Shown: positions 29,724 through 38,518 of the stretch, piece by piece
Position numbering within the stretch: position 1 is the stretch's first letter
Layout: each line of letters opens with the position of its first letter
NCBI GenBank assembly: GCA_017416245.1
Contig: JAFQCX010000022.1
Location: 7,295-71,294 of the forward strand
From: Oscillospiraceae bacterium
GTDB taxonomy: Bacteria > Bacillota > Clostridia > Oscillospirales > Oscillospiraceae
Length of the DNA: 64,000 nt
Direction: 5' to 3'
The notes under the pieces: model-generated
What the model was told of the DNA's origin: nothing
The model's database searches: none
What the model saw: the letters and a program-made list of their open reading frames with translations, nothing else
Made by a program: the position numbers and the translations under genes

Positions 29724-29894
29724 AGTGTTTCCTCCAAAAAATTTTTTTGGAAATCGGAACGCGGAAAACCTAGTTTTCCCGTACCCGTTCCCTTCTTTTG
29801 AGTATATCTCTTTTTTCGGCAAAATGCAAGGAAAAGTTCATAATTTGTACAAAAAATACGGGATGTGTAATCTGCACATCCCGTATTTATATTT

Positions 29895-30926
29895 TTATCG
29901 GCTGCCCTTGTCGTAGGGAATGCCCTCAGCCTTGGGGGCGCGGGATTTCTTGGAGGTGAAGGACAGCACGATCAGCGTGATCAAATAGGGCAGCATCCGG
30001 TACAAGTGAGAGCTGATGCCGATTTCTGCCAGCATAAACACGCCGTCGCCGTTGATGTCGATACTGCCGTAACCGGCGGCAATGCACTTGAACAGTCCGA
30101 ACAGCAGTGCGCCCAGAGCAATGTTCAGCGGCTTCCAGTTACCGAAGATCATAACAGCCAATGCCAGGAAGCCGAAGCCTGCCACATCGCCGTTGGCGGT
30201 GCAGTTGGTGGCGGTGAGGGCATACACGAAGCCGCCCATACCTGCCAGCGCACCGGAGATAGTAGTGCCGGCATAGCGCATCCTGTATACATTGATTCCC
30301 AGAGAGTCCGCTGCCTGGGGATTCTCGCCGCAAGCGCGCAGCCGCAGGCCGAACTTGGTAAAGTAAAGAATCACCGACAGAACCACAAACACCAGAATGC
30401 AAATGTAGGTAGCAAGATAAACCTTGTTCAGGAAGGTCTCTCCCAAAAAGCCCCACTGCACATTCTTATCCACACCGAAGGTGGATTTTTTGATCATAAA
30501 CCAGGAGGCCGCATCGCCTTGCGTCATTTGCAGGGTGTTCTGATTGGCCAGGATCCGCACCAGAAACAGCACCAGCGCAGGCGCCATCAGGTTCAGCGCT
30601 GTGCCGCCGATGGTTTGGTCCGCCTTCAGATTGACTGCGGCAAAGGACAAAAGCAGAGAGAAAAGCGCGCCAAAGACCGCCGCTACCAGCATTGCCAGCA
30701 GCTCCAAGCCCTGCAAGGTCCAGTAATTGCCCATACGGGCGGCATCCAGAAACACATCAAAGTCCTGCATCAGCCGCACAAAGTACACGCCGACGAAGGC
30801 GCCCATGATCATAATGCCTTCCAGCGCCAGGTTGATAATACCGCTGCGCTCGGCAAATACGCCTGCCAGCGCCACGATCATCAGAGGAATTGCAAACAGT
30901 AATGTCTGTTGAACCACAAAAGTCAT
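29895..30926 (-). CDS. Nucleoside-type ABC transporter permease
   Basis: ERSGIINLALEG, GLRLRACGENP and LPYLIT motifs. Confidence 0.88.
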   Translation of the reverse strand: MTFVVQQTLLFAIPLMIVALAGVFAERSGIINLALEGIMIMGAFVGVYFVRLMQDFDVFLDAARMGNYWTLQGLELLAMLVAAVFGALFSLLLSFAAVNLKADQTIGGTALNLMAPALVLFLVRILANQNTLQMTQGDAASWFMIKKSTFGVDKNVQWGFLGETFLNKVYLATYICILVFVVLSVILYFTKFGLRLRACGENPQAADSLGINVYRMRYAGTTISGALAGMGGFVYALTATNCTANGDVAGFGFLALAVMIFGNWKPLNIALGALLFGLFKCIAAGYGSIDINGDGVFMLAEIGISSHLYRMLPYLITLIVLSFTSKKSRAPKAEGIPYDKGSR

Positions 30927-32098
30927 ACCGTTTTTCCTCCCTTCTTGGCTTTCCTTTTGCCCAGCCACATTTGGATCACCAGGCTGAATGCGCTCAGATA
31001 CACGATCACCGCGATCACCACGTCGGTAATGTATTCGTTATAAGCGGTTAATGTGGTGAGCTGCTGACCTACAATGTTCAGCATTGCCATAAAGATGCCG
31101 GAGAACACCACCGCGATGGGGTGATTCAACGCCAGCAGCGCAACGGGAATGCCGTTAAAGCCGGCAGCAGGCAAGGCCTGATAGGTGATCCAGTAGAACT
31201 CGGTATTGCCGGAGAGCCAGTAAAGGCTTGCGCCGCCGGCAGCCAATGCCCCAGCCATAGCCATACTTAAAATGATGTTCCGCTTGTCGGGAATACCTGC
31301 ATAGCGGGCTGCGTGGCGATTTGCGCCGCAGGCCTTCAGCTGATAGCCCAAGGTGGTCTTATTCATAATGATATACACCACGATGGCGATCAAAATTGCG
31401 ATCAGGATACCACCATTGACCTGAGATTCGGGGAACAGCTTGTCCAGTCCCATTTTAGAGGTAGCTACATTGTTGAAGGTGGTCTTATAAATATAGCCTG
31501 TTTTCGTGCCTTCGGCTACGTTTTTCAAATTACTGATATCAAACAGCCACGTGACCACATTGGCGGCGATCCAGTTGGTCATAATGCAGGCCAGCACCTC
31601 GTTGATATTGAGAAATGCCTTCAAAAGACCGGGGATCGCGCCCCACAGAGCGCCTGCCAGCATACCGCCAAGGAATGCCAGCAGCCAAATGATTGCAGGA
31701 GGCACTGCCTCAGAGGGAATCTCCAACGCAATAAACAGAGTTGCCAGCGTACCCATCAAATACTGACCGGGCGCGCCGATATTGAACAGACCCGTTTTGA
31801 AAGCAACCGCCACAGAAAGGCCTGTCATGATCAGGGGTGTGGCGCGGAACAGCATATTGCCCCAGGAGCTGGGGTTGAAGCCCCAGGTCAGCTGGCCTGC
31901 CTCACGGCCTGTGGAAAGCAGGCCTAAGAAAATCAGCCGTACGCCGTCCCAAATGCCTTTTCCGCCGATGTTATCCTTGCTGAGGCCCACAATGGCCGCC
32001 ACCAGAGCGCCCACCGCCAGGCCGATGACAATGGACAGCAGGGAAGCAAACACCTTACGAGAGCTATCGCTATTTAACAGCGTTTTTCCTTTGTTCAT
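30923..32098 (-). CDS. Nucleoside-type ABC transporter permease
   Basis: GLFNIGAPGQ, NEV and AARYAGI motifs. Confidence 0.88.
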   Translation of the reverse strand: MNKGKTLLNSDSSRKVFASLLSIVIGLAVGALVAAIVGLSKDNIGGKGIWDGVRLIFLGLLSTGREAGQLTWGFNPSSWGNMLFRATPLIMTGLSVAVAFKTGLFNIGAPGQYLMGTLATLFIALEIPSEAVPPAIIWLLAFLGGMLAGALWGAIPGLLKAFLNINEVLACIMTNWIAANVVTWLFDISNLKNVAEGTKTGYIYKTTFNNVATSKMGLDKLFPESQVNGGILIAILIAIVVYIIMNKTTLGYQLKACGANRHAARYAGIPDKRNIILSMAMAGALAAGGASLYWLSGNTEFYWITYQALPAAGFNGIPVALLALNHPIAVVFSGIFMAMLNIVGQQLTTLTAYNEYITDVVIAVIVYLSAFSLVIQMWLGKRKAKKGGKTV

Positions 32099-32101
32099 CG
32101 C

Positions 32102-33637
32102 TTATTTGCCTCCTTCCGCTTTTTTCGCGCCTGCCATATACAGACCCAGTTCCTGTACGGTGGTGGTTTTGGGATCCAGCTCACCCACGATCTCACCCTC
32201 GTACATAACCAGGATCCGATCAGACAGGTTCATAACCTCATCCAGCTCCAGGCTTACCAGCAGCACTGCCTTGCCTGCATCACGCTGGGCAACCAGTTCC
32301 TTGTGGATATGCTCAATGGCGCCTACGTCCAGGCCGCGGGTGGGCTGGACTGCCACAACAAGGGGCTTGTTTCTGTCCATTTCACGGGCGATGATCGCCT
32401 TCTGCTGGTTGCCGCCGGACATACTCCGGGCAATTGTCACAGGACCTTGGCCGGAACGGACATCATACTGCTCAATGAGGGTATCGGCATAGGCCCGAAC
32501 CGCATCGTTTTTGATAAAGCCCAGCTTTTGGAAGCGGGAACTTTGGAAGCTCTGCAGCACCATATTCTGCTCCAGGGTAAAATCCAACACCAGGCCGTGC
32601 TTATGCCGGTCCTCGGGGATATGGCTCATACCTGTTTCGCTGCGGTAGCGGATAGAGCCGCGGCTGATATCCTTGCCGCACAGGGTAATCGTACCGCCGC
32701 TTGTCTTTTCCAAGCCGGTCAAGCCGTGGATCAGCTCTGTCTGACCGTTTCCGTCGATACCTGCAATACACACGATCTCACCGGAGCGCACCTGGAAGGA
32801 AACGTTCTTTACCGCATCGTTCTTATGGATCTTGGAGGGAACGGTAAGGCCCTTTACCTCCAGCACTGTATCACCGGGGTTGGCATCCTTCTTTTCCACC
32901 TGCAGCTGCACAGGGCGGCCAACCATCATATTGGACAGCTCCTGCTTGGTAGTGTCCGCGATGTTCACTGTGCCGATGTACTTGCCCTTCCGCAGAACGG
33001 TGCAACGGTCGGCAACCGCCATAATTTCGTTGAGCTTGTGGGTAATGAACAGAATCGACTTGCCCTCGGCGGCAAAGCCCTTCATAGTTGCCATCAGCTC
33101 GTCGATCTCCTGGGGAGTCAGCACGGCTGTGGGCTCGTCGAAAATGAGGATCTCATTATCCCGATAGAGCATTTTCAGAATTTCCACACGCTGCTGCATA
33201 CCAACGGTGATATCCTCCACCTTGGCATTCAGGTCTACCTTCAGACCGTAGCGGCGGGACAATTCCTCCACCTTTTTTCGCGCCTCCTGCTTTTGCAGGA
33301 AGCCCATGCGGGTATCCTCCGCGCCCAGAATGATGTTATCCAGCACGGTGAACACATCGATCAGCTTGAAATGCTGGTGGACCATACCGATATTCAGCGC
33401 GGTGGCATCGTTGGGGTTATTGATGGTGACAACTTCCCCATTCTTTTTAATAACGCCCTGCTCAGGCTGATACAAGCCAAACAGAACAGACATAAGCGTA
33501 GACTTGCCTGCGCCGTTTTCGCCCAAAAGGGCGTGGATCTCGCCGCTTTTCAGCTGCAGGGTGATATCGTCGTTGGCGACAATACCGGGGAACTCTTTTC
33601 TGATGTTGAGCATTTCAATAATGTATTCCGATTGCAT
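32102..33637 (-). CDS. Nucleoside-type ABC transporter ATP-binding protein (two NBDs)
   Basis: VANDDI, GENGAGKST, MVHQHF, SGGNQQK and QPTRGLD motifs. Confidence 0.9.
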   Translation of the reverse strand: MQSEYIIEMLNIRKEFPGIVANDDITLQLKSGEIHALLGENGAGKSTLMSVLFGLYQPEQGVIKKNGEVVTINNPNDATALNIGMVHQHFKLIDVFTVLDNIILGAEDTRMGFLQKQEARKKVEELSRRYGLKVDLNAKVEDITVGMQQRVEILKMLYRDNEILIFDEPTAVLTPQEIDELMATMKGFAAEGKSILFITHKLNEIMAVADRCTVLRKGKYIGTVNIADTTKQELSNMMVGRPVQLQVEKKDANPGDTVLEVKGLTVPSKIHKNDAVKNVSFQVRSGEIVCIAGIDGNGQTELIHGLTGLEKTSGGTITLCGKDISRGSIRYRSETGMSHIPEDRHKHGLVLDFTLEQNMVLQSFQSSRFQKLGFIKNDAVRAYADTLIEQYDVRSGQGPVTIARSMSGGNQQKAIIAREMDRNKPLVVAVQPTRGLDVGAIEHIHKELVAQRDAGKAVLLVSLELDEVMNLSDRILVMYEGEIVGELDPKTTTVQELGLYMAGAKKAEGGK

Positions 33638-33774
33638 ATTGAATCTGCCTCCTTCTCCTGTATTCCCAAATGATTTGATTTAATTATAATGGATTTATAT
33701 GGCAAATGCAAGAAATATTCCAACAAAATGACAAAGCAGACGCACCTGTCAGATGCGCCTGCTTTTCCTTGCTT

Positions 33775-34689
33775 TTATTCTGTCAGCGTTGCCAGGTATT
33801 CTTCTGCGTAGTGGACTGCCACAGCGCCATCAGATACCGCCGTGACGATCTGCCGCAGGGCCTTGGCGCGCACATCTCCTACTGCAAACACGCCGGGAAT
33901 ATTGGTGGCAGTGGTTTCGTCGCCCACAATATAATTTCCCTCGTCCAGCTCCAGCATACCCTTCACAAGCTCTGATGCCGGCTGTCTGCCGATTCCCACA
34001 AACACACCGTCGCAGGGAATTGTGTTCTTCTGTCCGGAGTGGACATTCTGCACTACGATCTCACCGGAGCGGATCTCCTGCACCTGGCTGTTCCAGTAAA
34101 ACTCCACGTTCTGCGCCTGCATCAAGGGCTTGTGGTATACCCGGGCTGCCCGCAGAGTATCCCGCCGGTGGACAAGGATCACCTTCTCCGCCACACGGCT
34201 CAGCAGCAGCGCATCTGCCGCTGCGGTGTTGCCGCCACCGACCACCACCACGGTCTTTCCCCGATAGAACATCCCGTCGCAGGATGCGCAGTAATGCACG
34301 CCTCTGCCAAGCAGCTCCTGTTCCCCGGGAACGCCTAAATGCTTGGGATTCGCGCCGGTGGCAACCACCAGCGTTTTGCCGTAATACACGCCCTCCGGGG
34401 TCTCGGCAGCCTTCATTTCCGGCTGCAGCGACAGCTTTGTTACTTCCGTATATCGGGTCTGTGCGCCGTATTTTTCCGCGTGCTTACACATTTGCTGGCC
34501 TAAGGTGTAGCCGTCAACACCATCTATATAGCCGGGATAATTGTCGATTTGGGGTGTTTCCACCATCTGTCCGCCGGCTGCCAGCTTTTCCAGCACCACC
34601 ACGGACATTCCGGCTCTTGCGGCATAGAGGGCCGCAGTATAGCCGCCGGGGCCGCCGCCCACGATGATCATATCATAAACCTTGCTCAT
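33775..34689 (-). CDS. trxB: Thioredoxin reductase
   Basis: GGGPGG, CASCDG, GGGNTA and HRRD motifs. Confidence 0.93.
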   Translation of the reverse strand: MSKVYDMIIVGGGPGGYTAALYAARAGMSVVVLEKLAAGGQMVETPQIDNYPGYIDGVDGYTLGQQMCKHAEKYGAQTRYTEVTKLSLQPEMKAAETPEGVYYGKTLVVATGANPKHLGVPGEQELLGRGVHYCASCDGMFYRGKTVVVVGGGNTAAADALLLSRVAEKVILVHRRDTLRAARVYHKPLMQAQNVEFYWNSQVQEIRSGEIVVQNVHSGQKNTIPCDGVFVGIGRQPASELVKGMLELDEGNYIVGDETTATNIPGVFAVGDVRAKALRQIVTAVSDGAVAVHYAEEYLATLTE

Positions 34690-34703
34690 AGGTATCGCTT
34701 TCC

Positions 34704-35009
34704 TTACAGCATAGCCAAGATTTGCGCTTTGGGCTTTGCACCCAGGGATTGATTCACGATCTTACCGTTTTCAATGACCAGCAGGGTGGGAATGCTCACC
34801 ACCTGATACTGACTGGCCAGCTCCGGCTCTTCATCCACGTTTACCTTGCAGACCTTAATATCTTCCCGTTCGTCAGCGATCTCGTCCAGGATCGGGCCGA
34901 TCATTCGGCAAGGACCGCACCAGCTTGCCCAGAAATCCAGCAGCACCGGCTTATCGGAATTCAGAACTTCCGCTTCAAAAGTATCCTTCGTAATATGCAA
35001 CACAGCCAT
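34704..35009 (-). CDS. trxA: Thioredoxin
   Basis: WCGPC and SIPT motifs; start MAVLH. Confidence 0.95.
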   Translation of the reverse strand: MAVLHITKDTFEAEVLNSDKPVLLDFWASWCGPCRMIGPILDEIADEREDIKVCKVNVDEEPELASQYQVVSIPTLLVIENGKIVNQSLGAKPKAQILAML

Positions 35010-35068
35010 TTTATATTCCTCCTTAAACATTTCTGTTTCTAGTATACCACAGTTTTACCGGTTTTCAA

Positions 35069-36343
35069 TCAAACCGCCGTGGGCGCCTTGCGGCGTTTTT
35101 TCAATTTATACAGCTCCTCGGTTGCCAAACGGGTTTTAGCCACCACATCACCGTCGGCGGGGAAGCAGTAGTAAAGCGCATCCTTGTTTCCGATGCAGAT
35201 CACATCCCCGATCTCATACCAATAATAGTCTGCATACAAGCCGTAGCAGCTCAACGGCCCCTGGGAATAATCCAGTTTACCGTCGCAGCCTGTAAGGTGG
35301 AAGCCGTTCTCATCGTGGATCAGCTTGCCATCTCCCACCCAGTACAGGGCCTTGGTATCCACCAGCATAGCGATTTTTACGTTCTTTTCTAAGCGGTAGG
35401 TGCCTTCCTCCAGTTCCTTGCGCACCTGCTGCCGCTGCCAGGCGTACCAATCGGGAATGTGGGTGAAGGCAGGCTCATCCGCCACAAGGTAGCCGTGCTT
35501 GTCTAAGGTGTAGGTCTTTCCGCAGGCCTTGCAGGTTAACATAATTCCTTTCCCCTCTGTCTGTCCCTCTGCGTGGCAATGGGGGCAGCGGTAGAGGATA
35601 CGGTTCAGACCGTCTGCGCGGAAAGGCTCATTGATGACGATGTTATTTTCCTGCTGGTAGCGGAAATTATCAAAGGAAAAGGCCTTATCCAGCAGTTCAT
35701 CCAGCTGGGCAACGGTCAACTCCTTTACCTGCTGAGCAGTGGCAAGGCAGGTCACATCTGCCCGCACCGTTACTTTCCGCTTTTGCAGGCAATTATACAG
35801 CGGATCCCGGGCAAATGCCCCCTGGGTGATCACTGTCACCACCGGCACATTCAGCTTTTTCAGAAGCACACCCATTTTGCGGGGCAGGGGCGTAGCCGTT
35901 CCATCAAAGGAATAGCTGGCCTCCGGATACATCAGTACACTGGTACGTTTTTTCTTCAGCAGGTACTCCATATCCCGAATCAGCGACACATCGCTGACGA
36001 ATTTTTGCGTAGGAATGCAGCCCAGCAGCCGCATCAGCCAGCTCTTTCCCACAAAGCCATCTGAGGTGCATACAATGCCGTAGGGCTTGGGGAAGAAGAT
36101 TTTGGAGGCGATTTTCAGATCGATAAAGCTGGAGTGGTTCATCAGGATCAAACACGGCTCTTTTTTGCCGATTTGCTCCATACCATGGGTTTCGTAGGTA
36201 AATTTCGTGGGAAACAGGTCGAAGATCGCCAAAAACCGCACCACCAACTGCAGTAACCACAAGGGCTTCAGCGGGTCGCGATGCTTCGGGCGGGGCAATG
36301 CCATCACCTGCTCATAGGTGCGCTGCTGGGTTTTGATTTTCAT
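35069..36343 (-). CDS. PlsC-like acyltransferase with C-terminal Zn-ribbon extension
   Basis: NHSSFID (HxxxxD) and YPEA motifs; CPHC...CKAC. Confidence 0.8.
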   Translation of the reverse strand: MKIKTQQRTYEQVMALPRPKHRDPLKPLWLLQLVVRFLAIFDLFPTKFTYETHGMEQIGKKEPCLILMNHSSFIDLKIASKIFFPKPYGIVCTSDGFVGKSWLMRLLGCIPTQKFVSDVSLIRDMEYLLKKKRTSVLMYPEASYSFDGTATPLPRKMGVLLKKLNVPVVTVITQGAFARDPLYNCLQKRKVTVRADVTCLATAQQVKELTVAQLDELLDKAFSFDNFRYQQENNIVINEPFRADGLNRILYRCPHCHAEGQTEGKGIMLTCKACGKTYTLDKHGYLVADEPAFTHIPDWYAWQRQQVRKELEEGTYRLEKNVKIAMLVDTKALYWVGDGKLIHDENGFHLTGCDGKLDYSQGPLSCYGLYADYYWYEIGDVICIGNKDALYYCFPADGDVVAKTRLATEELYKLKKRRKAPTAV

Positions 36344-36527
36344 AACCGGTTCCTCTTCTTCTTTATCTATTATTCATATTACTATATTGGCGCAAAGATA
36401 GCAAGAAAAATCTGCTGGAAATGGGGCAGCGCAAAAAGTGCTGGACATCGTCGAATTCTGCTGGTATAATAGGAACAAGGTATTATGTATACCAAACTGA
36501 AATTAACCAAAAGGGAGGGCGTTTCCT

Positions 36528-36983
36528 ATGAAATGTCCATTTTGCGGCGACCAGGAAAGTAAGGTTGTAGACTCCCGTCACTCCGAGGACGGTCAGAGTA
36601 TCCGCCGGCGCAGAGAGTGCTTAAACTGCCAGCGTCGTTTCACCACCTACGAGATCGTGGAGAGTCTGCCTATTATCGTGGTAAAGCGGGATGGCTCCCG
36701 TCAGGCTTTCGACAGGAACAAGATCCTCAACTCCATGGTCCGCGCCTTTGACAAGCGGCAGGTGGACGTAGCCGACCTGGACCGCATTACCACAGAAATC
36801 GAACAGTCTATCCAGAACACCCTGGAGCGCGAGGTCACCACCGATGCCATCGGCCAAATGGTAATGGAGCGCATCAAGCCTTTGGACGAGGTTGCCTATA
36901 TCCGTTTTGCCTCCGTATACCGCCGGTTCCAGGACGTGCGCAGCTTCATTCACGAAATCGAGATGTTCCTGGAAGAGAAATAA
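36528..36983 (+). CDS. nrdR: Transcriptional repressor NrdR
   Basis: MKCPFC, IRRRRECLNC, RFTTYE and YIRFASVY motifs. Confidence 0.97.
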   Translation: MKCPFCGDQESKVVDSRHSEDGQSIRRRRECLNCQRRFTTYEIVESLPIIVVKRDGSRQAFDRNKILNSMVRAFDKRQVDVADLDRITTEIEQSIQNTLEREVTTDAIGQMVMERIKPLDEVAYIRFASVYRRFQDVRSFIHEIEMFLEEK

Positions 36984-36995
36984 GGAGTTCCCCCA

Positions 36996-37445
36996 ATGGA
37001 ATTGATTAGTAAGCTATTTGACATGGATCTGTCAAAGCTGGTGCCAAAGCTGCCTGTTTTTTTGAGCCTTATGCATACCCTTCTGGTGCTGGCAGTGCTG
37101 ATCGGTCCGATCCTGCTGGTAACGCTGGGCGCGCTTTACTTATTCAAGCCCGCCCCCGAAGCCAATTACAAATACGGCTTTCGCACCTATTTTGGAATGG
37201 GCAGCATTGAGGCCTGGCAATTCTCCCAAAAAATTGCAGGGCTCATCTTCGGCGCCCTGGGCGCGCTGCTGCTGATCATTATGTTCATCGTGGTGCTGAC
37301 GTTCATTAAAAAGGATCTGTTTCAAATTGCCGGCACTGCCATCGTATGCTTGATTTGGGAGGCCGTCTTAACCCTTGCCGCCAGAGTAACAATTTCCGTT
37401 CTTTGTTGGAAATACTTCGATAAAGACGGCAACCGCAGAAAGTAA
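36996..37445 (+). CDS. SdpI-family-like membrane protein
   Basis: N.KYGFRT..GM.S.EAW motif; three TM segments. Confidence 0.7.
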   Translation: MELISKLFDMDLSKLVPKLPVFLSLMHTLLVLAVLIGPILLVTLGALYLFKPAPEANYKYGFRTYFGMGSIEAWQFSQKIAGLIFGALGALLLIIMFIVVLTFIKKDLFQIAGTAIVCLIWEAVLTLAARVTISVLCWKYFDKDGNRRK

Positions 37446-37450
37446 AGATA

Positions 37451-37480
37451 AACCCCCTGTGCAAAACTGCACAGGGGGTT
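37451..37480. terminator. Hairpin terminator between convergent genes
   Basis: aaccccctgtgca-aaac-tgcacagggggtt. Confidence 0.75.
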
Positions 37481-37493
37481 GTTATATGTTTTT

Positions 37494-38387
37494 TTACGGC
37501 TGCCAGCCATCCACAGGCTTCTCCCGGAAATAATCCCGGACGCTGAGCCCTGTGGTTTTCTTAAATAGTCTGCTCATATAGGCAGGATCATCAATGCCCA
37601 CATTATATGTGGCTTCCTTCAGGCTTAGATTTTTCGTTTCCATCAGCTCTATGGCCGCGTACACCCGCTTTCGGTTTAAGTAGGCCAACACGCTGCAGCC
37701 CTCCACCCGCTTAAACACTCTGTGAAGATACCCCTCTGAGATTCCCAGGTGATTTGCGATATCCTCCACCTTCAGCCTTTCGGCGTAATTCCGGTTGATG
37801 TATTTCACCGCTTTTGCCGCATAATTTCGCTCTGAAGGAAGCGCGCCTGTTTCCTCCGCGTCCAGCTTTCGCAGGGTAAATTCCGTCACCGCAGAGAGCA
37901 GCTGATACCACTGGGCAACCGCTGCTAATCTATCTGCCGGTTCTGTTGACGTATGAAGGGCTACGATCTTTTTCAGGATATTCAAAACACTGTCGTAGCT
38001 GTCCTCCAAATATTCCTGGATCGGAAGCAGGGCAACATTTCCCGCTTTCATCCGCGCTTTCAGAGCAGCAATGTCACAGCCGCTTTCGGTGTCGTGACGC
38101 CGGATGTTGTATTTCACCCGCACCGCCGCTGTGGTATGCCGGACCCGCTCTCCGTTATAAGCATAGCAGGTGGCAGACATATCGCTGGTGATCAGCCCCA
38201 GCATACCGGGTTGAGAAATGGACACTGTTCCGTCCGAATGCTCAGAAACCATCCTGCCCGCCTCCGGAACGCTGATTTCCAAAAAATCCGGCTTGTGGTC
38301 AAAAAAATTCCTGTGTTTTTGGGCGTCCACCCGCCAGGCAAACACAAACTGCGGTACGCCCAACAGCTCAATTTCATAAAAGCGCAT
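37494..38387 (-). CDS. AraC family transcriptional regulator
   Basis: C-terminal double HTH (ISEGYLHRVFK; GIDDPAYMSRLFKKTTG). Confidence 0.9.
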   Translation of the reverse strand: MRFYEIELLGVPQFVFAWRVDAQKHRNFFDHKPDFLEISVPEAGRMVSEHSDGTVSISQPGMLGLITSDMSATCYAYNGERVRHTTAAVRVKYNIRRHDTESGCDIAALKARMKAGNVALLPIQEYLEDSYDSVLNILKKIVALHTSTEPADRLAAVAQWYQLLSAVTEFTLRKLDAEETGALPSERNYAAKAVKYINRNYAERLKVEDIANHLGISEGYLHRVFKRVEGCSVLAYLNRKRVYAAIELMETKNLSLKEATYNVGIDDPAYMSRLFKKTTGLSVRDYFREKPVDGWQP

Positions 38388-38518
38388 ACCCTCACCTCCA
38401 AAATTCTGTTTCTATGGTAACACATTATGTCAGTTTTGTCCATCTTTATGAGGATACGGCATTCCCATATGAACTCCGTTTGTTTATAATAAAAACAAAT
38501 TTTTAAGGAGGTATCTCT

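Noticed and set aside
36996-37445. SdpI-like gene as part of a toxin/immunity system
   Set aside because: No toxin, processing or ArsR genes nearby
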